Assembly (NCBI RefSeq): GCF_006345805.1 | Contig: NC_043016.1 | Span: 22,630,001 to 22,694,000 of the forward strand | Length of the DNA stretch: 64,000 nt | DNA from: Octopus sinensis | Taxonomy: Eukaryota | Direction of reading: 5' to 3' | In this document: positions 54,310 to 64,000 of the stretch, piece after piece | Layout of the letters: each line of letters opens with the position of its first letter | Numbering within the stretch: position 1 is the first letter of the stretch | Notes under the pieces: generated by a model | Databases searched by the model: none | Seen by the model: the letters and a program-made list of their open reading frames with translations, nothing else | What the model was told of the DNA's origin: nothing | Translations under genes and position numbers: made by a program

Positions 54310-54750
54310 TATGAAATCAAGATAACTGAGAAGTGGTATAAACTTTAACCAAATATTGTCAATGACAATAATGATGTTGCCATCATATGGAATAAGGTCT
54401 TTCTCACTGATAGGAAGATAAAACAAGCAGGATTGACATTATTATCAAGGATAAGAAGAATAGGAGGTGTATACTTATCAACATTGCAATACATTTCGTA
54501 AGACATAACTCCATGAAAATCAGAGAAGCTGGAGGATAAAATGAACTGGATGTGGAAGATCAAAATATTACCAATAGTCACAGAAGCATTATGTCTCGTG
54601 AAGAAAGGAACAGAAAAGTTCACCAACTGTCTCTTAGGTAACAATCAATATTTATGCAGTCCAACTTGGAATGACTCACTTATTACAGAATGTTGTCAAT
54701 CAAGTGACAACTTCTCCAAAGCACCTCAGGGCTATTATAGACATTAGGCC
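54310..54750 (+). mobile_element. RLE-type LINE endonuclease fragment
   Basis: Degenerate IIWN..F.TDRKI...IDIIIKDKKNRRCILI..A and WKIKILPIVT.AL. Confidence 0.55.
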
Positions 54751-56115
54751 CCAAATCTTCAACTTAGAAGTAAAGATATGTTAATGATTCTGACAGCTCA
54801 ACACCTTAATAACTACAGCAACAACAACAATAATAATAATAGTTTCAAATTTAAACACAAAACCAGCAATCTTGAGGTGAGAGGTTAGTTGATACCATCA
54901 ATCTCAGCACTTGAGTTTGGAAAGATCTGAACTCAGTGTATAATGATTCTGCCAGCCAACCACTTTTAATAATAATTATTTGTAATGCAGGTACAAAACC
55001 TGAAATTGGGGTGAGGCAAGGTATGCAATTAAATCACCACTAGTACTTGATTGATACTTTCTTTATTGATCCCTCAAATTTATAATCTTGTGCTGCAGAT
55101 TCAAGGAAGGTGTTAGTCAATTTCATTAACCCCAATATTTGACTGGGCCTTCATTTTATAAACCTCTGTCAAAGTTAACCTCAGAAGTATTTACTTTCAG
55201 AATGTAAAGAGCTTCAACAAATCCTGCAAGATATCTTGTAGGATGTTTTAACAATTCTGACAATCCATAATAACAGTAGTACTTATATTGGTAGTAGTTT
55301 TTGTAGTAGTACTAGTAGTATCTAAAAAAAATTAAAATAAATCATTCATATTTTTTACATTTTCCCCTCATCTCACTCTGCTTCTATCTGTATCTAAAAA
55401 AAAGAGTTCAATAATTAGGGAGAAAATATTTAAAATGTGCTTAGGAACATTGAACAAGATCTACACAGAATGTAATATCAAGATGAAAATATATTAGAAT
55501 GAAATTCCAGGCTAAGCTTAGTATTCATGTTCTAGCAATGTTAGATATTTAAAGCCATGCTTACAATATAAAACAAAGCACATATCATTCTGTTAGAACC
55601 GCTTCACATTTAAAATGTTCTCCTCTTCATTTTTTTTTTAAACTTTAAAAAATTCCATAATTTTTAAGAGATAATCTAATTCAGTTTCAATAGTAAATGA
55701 ACAAATGAAAAAATAATAATAATGATGATGATGAGGGTAATAATCCTTTCTACAATAGGCACAAGGCCTGAAATTTTTGGGGAAGAGAATAGTCAATTAT
55801 ATTAATCCCGGTACTCAATGGCGGAATTTGAACTCAGAACATAGGAATAGATGAAATGCCACTAAGCATTTTGTCTGGCATGTTAACAGTTCTACTAGCT
55901 CTCTACCTTAATAATAACAACAACAATAATATTGTCCTTTCTACAAAAGGCTCAAGGCCTAAAATTTGGGGACAGGGTGTTAGCCAATTACATCAACCCC
56001 AGTGTTCAACTGGTGCTTATTTTACCAACTCCAAAAAAGGATGAAAGGCAAAGTCAACCATGGTAGAATTTGAACCAGCGTGTTAATGGTTCTGCCAGCT
56101 TGTCACTTTCTTAAC

Positions 56116-56150
<35 letters not shown>

Positions 56151-58296
56151 AACTATCCTCCTTTATAACAGGGATTTAGTTTTTTTAAAAATTCAGAAAT
56201 AAACGAATCATCTCCAGCCACTTTGTAAATGGAATAACTGGTAGATTTATTGACGGCAAACTTGTAGCCCAGAACAGCAAAGCTTGCACTATCACATATT
56301 TTCTTGACCACCTTCAACATTTCTTGTAGAGAAGATACTCTTCTGTGTCATTTGTGAGAATCAGGTGATTTGTTTTGTTTGTTTTTTTTTGTTTTTTTGT
56401 TTTTTGTTTTTTTATTAATCCCATGTTGATGGATACAAGTATGTAAATCCATATAAAAAATACGCAACCTTGCAACTTTGCAAATCAGTGATGTGAACAC
56501 AAGTGATAATCAGTGTATTCTGGGCAGCTGAGTCACTTGGTTGGTTACTGGGAGGTCGTGGTTTTGCAGTCAAAGTAGTATATTTTGACTGATTGCTGAC
56601 AAAACCATAACATGATTCGCAATTGAACATACCACGTTATCCTGGATCAGTGATGAATGTATTAGTGATAAACGGGGATTGATGTACTAATAAAACAGAA
56701 GGTGAAGAAAACAGAAAATAGGAACAAATAGAAAGAAGACAACAGAAGATGCAAAAAAAAAAAATAATAATCATAAAAGGAGAAAAATATGTAAATTGAG
56801 AGAAAAGGAAGATAATGATATGTTTAAAATAAGAAAGAGTGAAGAAGAGGCAGTGTTTTAGTGACAATATCAAAGAAGCAAGCACAAAAACAACATTTAC
56901 AGTTACATACAAAAAATAAAATCTTATTAACATATTCTTCAATAAAATCTTAAGTGGAGGAAATTTTTCTTTACTTTGCGTATGTTTTTTAAATGTATAT
57001 TATTTTCCAAATGCAGTATCAATTATAAGTAATAAATTATATTTTACACACACATGTATGTATGTACTTATAAATGTATATTTATGTGTGTATTTATATA
57101 TGTAAATATATGTACATACATTCATCTATATATGCACAAATGTGTGTATGTGTGTGCATGCACATGCTCACACACACACGGATATTGGTGCACCAGGTTT
57201 TTATGGACCAGCTTCAGCAGACCTAAAGTGGAAACAATCTAACAGAACATTAAGTGGCATATGCCTAATCTTAACTTTTCTGATTTCTCTTTCAGACCAA
57301 TGAACAGTATCAACAAAGTGAATGTCAATCTCAAAAAAGACACTTGAAAATAATGGTCCTGGCAACCAACCTCACTGATTAGAAGATTGGCAGCTTCTTG
57401 AACACAACCAGTACCTTTGGGTTCGGACATGTCAGTCAAACAAATGTTGCTGTGATCAAAAGAAAGAGGCTTTGTTGGTCAAATGTCATCAGGATAGCCA
57501 AGTTCTTTGAGCAGGTCCAAAAATATCATCCCTAAGAGCCATCTGTAAGAGGTTCAAACTAGTGAAGTCCATTATGAAACATGACACGCATGAAGACATC
57601 ATGTACAAGAACTATATGATGCAGAGAGGAGAATTTTCATGCTCAGCAAAACCTAAGAGAACCGTGTGGTCATGTGATCCTCAAAATTATGAAGCATTCT
57701 AGCTCTCTTCACATGAACTTTCTGGACTGTTACAGCTGGGAGTGTCGCAGGTAGGGGTCGGGATCAGCCCATGGCTTCACAGTGACAAGAGCAGTCGTTG
57801 GTACTGTGAACAATTTTGATAAATGGCTTGTTTCTTTGATGTGCTTTAGTTGAATATTTATGTCACTTTTACTGAGAGTATGTTGGCTTTTTTTTTACTA
57901 TTTGGCACCTTTGATTTTTCTCATTTTGTTTTGTGATGTCTGATGCACTTTGTGTGCATGTGTATGTATGGGTATACAAACACACATGTATATACATATA
58001 TGTACACATACAAACACACACTGAAACGTGTGCACAAAAAATATTGATTAATAATATACTTGTAGAAAATACAATATTAAATATCATAAGTCTCATAATA
58101 TCATAGGGAACATCTGGTCCATTAATGTGTGAGTGTCTAATACGGCAGAGTTTGCCAATAATCAAAAACAAATATATTAAAGCAACTTTCACTATCACAG
58201 CTTGGAACATATAATCATATCATAAATACTTTAAAAGAACAATTTAGTTAAAAGTTAGAATGAGGTAATAAAGCTGCTAAGTAAATAAATAAATAA

Positions 58297-58357
<61 letters not shown>

Positions 58358-58598
58358 CCATTATCAACATCAGCTTTATACTTTTATTTTCCCGTGTTGT
58401 CAAGGCTGGGTTGATTTGTAAGATTGCAGTTATATATCAATAACCCTCTTCTCTAGAAATATACGCTGATCGACTCATTAGCTAATTTAATTCTGTTGGG
58501 TGTGTGCATGTGTACACATGCATCTGTGATACCAACCTCTACTGTTATTCCCATGCTAGAAAACTTTTATTTTAATTCTTGAAAATATATACATCTGA

Positions 58599-58629
<31 letters not shown>

Positions 58630-58729
58630 TATATATATATAAATATATATATATACACACAAATATATATATACATACATATATATTATATATATATAGA
58701 TATGTATGTACTTGCAAAAATTTGAAGAA

Positions 58730-60068
58730 TTTTCATAATACCTAGCCAACCCACAAATTTGATAAATCCATATAAAAAATACACAACCTCACAGCAAAGC
58801 CACGTAAACACAAAAAATAGTCAACACATCATCATTAGCTGAGTATTGTCAGTGGTTGCTGGGGCACAACTTTACAGTACTAGTTTCATTAAACAACTGT
58901 AACTTTTTTTACTTAACAATATATTAATGTGATATTCGGAACATAATTGAAGAAAGGGTTCTTAATTCTGTTGCATAACTTTCGTCTCAAAGTGACTCTA
59001 ATTACAGGTAAACTGAGCAAAAAGTAAAAATATTAAAATTTTGTTTAAACATCACCATAGAAAATGAATCATCAGCTAATATTCAATTGGGTATGCAACA
59101 AAATTTTGATATAGAAGAATTGTGCACATTACTAGATTATCAGTTAAATTTAATGCACAACAGAACAGGTGTACCATAAAGGTGAAATAAACTGAAATAC
59201 TGGAATTCACCTAAATCCACTGCAAATTTGACCGAACTAAAGAAATCGGTCAAAAAATAATATATGGCCCTGGTTATGGTATGGAAGTGATAAATTCCAG
59301 ACCACATCGTACCCTAGGCCATGCTGACTAATATTATTTTTCCCTGTATAAAAACTAAATCTATAGCAGTACCCAGTATTTGCTTCACAAATTTTCCAAA
59401 CTTTAATCCCCTATTTCGTGTGCTTTCCTGGCATATACTGTTTGTTTACATTCTGCGTAACAGTTTGTTTCTGCAGTGATCGCTTCAAACAAGCATACTG
59501 AAAACAATAAAAGTCTAACGGTTTTGCTTCTTAAGGAAGACTATGGATAGACCTCCTCACAAAAATTGCTAATAAAAACATTTTTAAAGTTTTTACTTCA
59601 TTCTGATGTAAAATTGTCTTTGCTGTCACTATTGCTGCTTCCAGTTTTTTCAGAATTGCTGCTTTTGGTTTTGGATACAGAAATATCCTATTCATTCTCG
59701 CACACCACGTTCATTTGTACCTCATTCATTCTTTTTCTCGATATCTCCACATTTTCTATTGAGAAACCTTTAAATTTGGAATCACTGCTTGATAACATGA
59801 AACTCCTATCCATTTTCAAAAAAATTGATGCCAGAAAAATTTGGGAAAAAATCTCCCAAAATTCACTGAGTTCAGTTATCATGTCAAGCAATATCGGATA
59901 CTATAACCTAACTATTTACAAAGTGAAATCGCATGTTTTCACAAATGTACTAACGAAATTTGTGCTTAAATTCACATTTAAATAACAATGGGTAATCTTG
60001 GCCGGCTGTGGCCGAGTTGGTCTTGTGGACCAAACAATTTTTCGGCTGGCTAAGTATTGAAAGGGTTA
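58730..60068 (-). mobile_element. Decayed, internally deleted piggyBac transposon
   Basis: Minus strand QYMPGK..K.GIKVW..CEANTGYCYRFSFYTGK...GLGYDVVWNLSLPYHNQGHILFFDRF (piggyBac DDD domain) and a ..LCSEYH end. Imperfect TIRs TTTCATAATACCTAGCCAACC and revcomp TTTCAATACTTAGCCAGCC. Confidence 0.85.
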
Positions 60069-60901
60069 TGGTGGAGTACACCCTACTACTTGTATGACTA
60101 CAACTGTATAGTTCTCTATCAATTGTTTTTATGATATAATGTTTGAATATTTTATTGTACTGAGGGTTTATTTTTGCCAGTCCAATACTGATATGAAAGA
60201 ACTTTAAATAAACAGTTGCCATTATCAATCCTTGGAAACTGGGCAATATTTTGGTTTGATCCTCCCTTATTTTCCTTCAAGCACTGCAGTGAAACAAACC
60301 AGCTTAGCCTTCTCCCCTTGTCAACTTCATCAATAAAATAAAAAGAATTGAAAAAAAAAAAAAACACTGATATAATGTTGGTATGAAGATATGCATATAC
60401 AGGTAGATATGTGACTATATCTGTATGATAAACAAATTTTTTTTAATATTAATAAATGTTAGTATTAATTATATAGTAATAATAATATAATAAATAAATA
60501 AATATATAAATAAATAAACTAGTGCCCATACTTAGGTAGATGGAAAAGTAACTGGTGCTGCTTTTAGTTTCAAACGAATGAAATGACACAGCAAAACACG
60601 AAGAGAAGCAGAGGTTATTGTGAAAATAAATAAAATCAAGCCAAAAACATTTTCATTGCTTTTTTTTTTTTCTTTTGCCAAAACAATATAAAGAATGAGT
60701 GTGTATAATACATAGAGGACAGTGAGCAGGTTTCATCTCTTTGTCTATATACAACGCAGAAATGAGCAACAGTGCATGTGACTGAGTAACACTGACTGAG
60801 TGACTGACACAGTGGCTATTTATAAACATGATAGGCAGAGCAAGAACCGAATTGGCCAGCAAACACAGCAGCGGCTAGCTTCGGAGTCCGTCATACCTTA
60901 C

Positions 60902-61114
60902 CTCTTAGAGCCGGTGAATCAGTGGGTGAAGAACTTTTGCTGGTCGTTCTACTAGCAGCACCAGTTGCACATTGTACAAATGTTATACCACCTATACCAC
61001 TGTCTGAGTTAGTGCTACCGGACCCACCTGGTGACGAGGGTGGATTGGTGTGAGGAGAAGAGGCATCAGCTTTCAGAATGTCCTCTTCCACTGGGTAGTC
61101 AGACTCCATGGCAC
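60902..61114 (-). CDS. MAPK8IP3/SPAG9: JIP3/4 coding exon 3: (G)AMESDYPVEEDILKADASSPHTNPPSSPGGSGSTNSDSGIGGITFVQCATGAASRTTSKSSSPTDSPALR
   Basis: Acceptor ctctAG, donor GAG|GTaagg, phase 1 to 1. Continues VPGA.ExDY in frame into a Ser/Pro-rich linker. Confidence 0.88.
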
Positions 61115-61894
61115 CTAGAGTGTAAATATAAAACAAAAAGAAAATAACTTTGTGCAACTTTCAAGAAATAGTCAATTCCTCCTTTATCTCATTTGTTTCC
61201 ACACACACACACACACACACACAGATACTCTTGACCATCAACCATCCTCACTGTCTGAGGCAGTTAAATTTCCTACAAATCACCTTATAAAGAACATGTT
61301 GGATAGCATAATACTAAAGACACAACGTCTGGAAAAAAAAAAGAGGATTTCTTTTATTCTTTTCAGTCGTGCTGGATCATCACCATGGATGGTCATGTTT
61401 GGAATGGCTCTGAACATGGGTATGTCCAATCAGTGCAAACAGAGGATTAAACAATAACAATCTACATTTATGAGGCATACAAGAAGACTGACATCATAAA
61501 GTAGAGGGTGGTTGTCATCTCTGAACTAACCATATTTACTTGTGTACAAGTTGCACTAGTTTACACTTGATTTTAACTGAAAGCACTGGGGTATGTCTTA
61601 TACATGGGACAAAGTTAAAACTATCAAGAGAAAAAAATTCTGTACAAAAATCCAACACCAAATTAGGGATGTGACTTATACACAAGTGTGGTTGATACAC
61701 TGGTGTAAATATGGTAATCTTATGACTCAGATGTTCTTATTCATCATTTATACACATGCACACACACACAATATACACATATATTAAATAGTAACTTTAG
61801 AAGAAAAGAAAAAAAATTAAGGTAAAAGAAATTTTCTTAAATGATAACAAAATAGAATGAAAAACAAAGAAAGTGATAAGTATGAATCTTTTAC

Positions 61895-62072
61895 CTGGAA
61901 CACTGGCTATACATAAGATATGTGAGGATGTGACTTTGAAGGTTTCCAATATATCTCCAGGATTGTTAGCATCAATAACTGTAACCCTACTGGATGGCTG
62001 AGTGCTGGTACAAATCCACACAAATGATGACATCTGTTCTTTCTCAGTTTGCTTTAGGTTCTTCTCATGTTC
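61895..62072 (-). CDS. MAPK8IP3/SPAG9: JIP3/4 coding exon 2: EHEKNLKQTEKEQMSSFVWICTSTQPSSRVTVIDANNPGDILETFKVTSSHILCIASVP(G)
   Basis: Acceptor cctacAG, donor CAG|GTaaaa, phase 0 to 1. Conserved SSxVWICTST...IDAN.PG...HxLCIASVPG block. Confidence 0.95.
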
Positions 62073-62168
62073 CTGTAGGAATGAATGACTATGTACTTAT
62101 TTCTGCATATACATAATTGCATCATCCTCATCATCATCATTTAACATCCATTTTCCAACGTATATATC

Positions 62169-62205
<37 letters not shown>

Positions 62206-62206
<1 letters not shown>

Positions 62207-62441
62207 ACTCTTTGGGATCATGCAGCAGAAGGATTTTAACATGGTTGTTGTTAAGAGCTGCAACCTAAATGGTAATTCTGTTGCACATCTATTTCCACTG
62301 TATATATCATCATCATCATCAAATGATGATGATGATGATGATATATACAGTGGAAATAGATGTGCAACAGAATTACCATTTAGGTTGCAGCTCTTAACAA
62401 CAACCATGTTAAAACCTTCTGCTGCATGATCCCAAAGAGTT
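62206..62441. repeat. 236-bp near-perfect palindrome centred on (ATC)n-AA-(TGA)n
   Basis: The arms differ only by one base (GAAGGATTTT vs GAAGGTTTT) and one trinucleotide unit. The same peptide appears in the ORF track on both strands. Confidence 0.97.
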
Positions 62442-63073
62442 CTATGGTGTTTGGTATGGTTAAATGCTTTTTGTAAATTAAATTATAATTCACATTTATA
62501 ATATGGGTCCAACCCATGCTAGCATGGAAAGTGGATGTTAAATGATGATGATGATGATGATGACATCATCAGTTATTAAACACAGAAACATATGTAACAC
62601 ATGAAATAAAGAAATACCAAATTTATGCTTCATATTTATCTCTCATAATGTGTACGAAGCAATATATATGCATTGTTATTATTTTCTACAACAAAAGCAT
62701 TACTACCTGTAATCTATCTACATTAAATATATTTTTTAAAATACACATGTGTGTGTCTATGTGTGTGTGAAAATACAAGTTTATTCTCCCTTAGTAGTTT
62801 TTTTAATGCTCCCTATATTAAATATGTTAACACTAATTTCACACACCCATGCTGAGCGTCCAACCCGTGCTTTCGTCCAACCCATGCTAGCGTGGAAAGT
62901 GGACATTAAACAATGATGATGATGATGATGTTTGTAACTGACTTCAGTAAACAATCACAATCACTAATCTTCATAAATAACAGATAAAATCACTAACCAC
63001 TATAGCCTTGAGCTGACCAAAGCTTTATGAGAGGATTTGGTAGACGGAAACTGAAAGAAGCTCGGTGTAAATA

Positions 63074-63104
<31 letters not shown>

Positions 63105-63393
63105 TTGTGTCTTTCCCCCCAACATCGTTTGACAACCATTGCTGGTGTGTTTACATCCCTGTAACTTAGCAGTTCAGTAAAATAGACCGATAGAATAAGT
63201 CCTGGGGTTGATTTGCTCAACTAAAGGCGGTGCTCTAGCATGGCCACAGTCAAAAGACCAAAACAAGTAAAAGAGTAATCTTCATAAATAACAGAAAAGA
63301 GTTTTTGCTAAAACATGAATAAATAATTCTAACGGTAATCAATTAAAAAAAAAAAAAACATACCAAGCAACATTCCAAATCATAGGCACAAAC

Positions 63394-63521
63394 CTTGAGT
63401 TCTTCATTTAACTTTTCAATCTCATCTTTGGTTTCTTTCTTTTTTTCTAGTTCTTCAGATGGTGGATTAGAATAGAAAACACTGGCTCCAACAATGGAAC
63501 CGCCATCTTTTGTCCTGCCAC
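63394..63521 (-). CDS. MAPK8IP3/SPAG9: JIP3/4 coding exon 1 of those visible: (G)GRTKDGGSIVGASVFYSNPPSEELEKKKETKDEIEKLNEELK
   Basis: Acceptor ttgacAG|GT, donor AAG|GTttgt, phase 1 to 0. The GGxTxDGGSxVGASVFY motif is typical of JIP4/JIP3. Confidence 0.93.
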
Positions 63522-64000
63522 CTGTCAAATTTACACCAGCAGCACACCATATCTACAAATGAAGAAACAATAATAATTGTGATATACTGTGATATGAATG
63601 TCATTCACTCACTGAAAAGAAAAATACTGTTCAAGTATAGACTAGAAGTATGTAGGACTAAACTTATAAAACCATACATTTCTGGACCTTACGTTTAGTG
63701 AGCAGTCATGGTTACAATCTCGCACCTTGGAACTTTAAGTCAAGTGCCCTTTATTAAGTAGTGAACTTCACATACAGATGTCTTATCTCTTATGTTCAAA
63801 GAAGGTAATGGCCAATTGAGCACTTTGTACCACACCATCATTATCATTACCATCAATAACAGTCTACAAAACAAAATTGACTAGAGTGTCTTCAAGTGAT
63901 CAGGAGAAATGGCAGCAAAATCACCTTTGAATTATGGCCCAGTGGTTAGGGCAGCGGACTCGCGGTCATAGGATTGTGGTTTCGATTCCCAGACTGGGCA

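Larger units (their letters stand above)
14346..63521 (-). other. MAPK8IP3/SPAG9: 3' portion of JIP3/JIP4 (JNK-interacting protein 3/4, Sunday driver/UNC-16) gene; 13 coding exons visible, 5' part outside the window
   Basis: Exon lengths 128+178+213+72+232+81+68+152+172+114+186+141+107 = 1844 nt join in one frame with matching intron phases and GT-AG ends. Peptides match the JIP3/4 C-terminal WD40-like region: [108 protein letters not shown]. Confidence 0.96.

Noticed and set aside
56415-56942. Minus-strand ORFs (CESC-containing; hydrophobic) as extra JIP3 exons or a membrane protein
   Set aside because: No phase-compatible open exon found. The segment resembles the piggyBac 3' end, and the hydrophobic ORF reflects T-rich composition.
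57290-57700. GC-richer segment that might be an exon
   Set aside because: Stops in all frames; looks like a highly decayed LINE 3' region, too degenerate to classify.
60895-60901. Second donor AAG|GTATGA 5 nt downstream of the exon-3 donor, and the CpG-rich intron start beyond it
   Set aside because: It would shift the frame relative to the downstream phase-1 exons. The short exon-intron complementarities (8 bp) are not nested and could be chance.
62141-62429. Same peptide encoded on both strands
   Set aside because: A trivial consequence of the DNA palindrome; no splice signals or homology.
63935-64000. tRNA-like sequence (also the heads at about 5230-5300 and 8820-8895)
   Set aside because: SINE heads with A/B boxes but no complete cloverleaf or acceptor stem, attached to SINE bodies.

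Overview
AT-rich, microsatellite- and SINE-dense animal genomic DNA. The repeat families resemble those of Octopus/coleoid cephalopods; this is recognition from memory, not a database result. About 49 kb (14346-63521, minus strand) holds the 3' part of one gene, the JIP3/JIP4 (MAPK8IP3/SPAG9, Sunday driver/UNC-16) JNK-scaffold and kinesin adaptor. I reconstructed 13 GT-AG coding exons that splice in one frame (about 614 aa) and end in the family-typical ERSHLIVWQV tail. The 5' exons lie beyond position 64000. Introns and the downstream flank contain tRNA-derived SINEs, decayed mariner, piggyBac (plus TTAA MITEs), RTE, RLE-type and L1/Tx1-like LINE pieces, a Helitron-type element and a possible solo LTR. 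Almost all ORFs in the supplied track are microsatellite or antisense artefacts. Most notable non-coding structures: (1) a complete minimal type-I hammerhead ribozyme, sense to the pre-mRNA, in the last intron (16250-16337); (2) about seven degenerate TCCACTTTCAGAC units, several with stem-loop potential, directly after the stop codon; (3) several strong fold-backs: a 236-bp near-perfect palindrome next to an exon, a perfect 31-bp pre-miRNA-sized hairpin, a ~335-bp inverted pair and a ~290-bp palindrome. No prokaryote-type system (CRISPR, operon, defence locus) is present.
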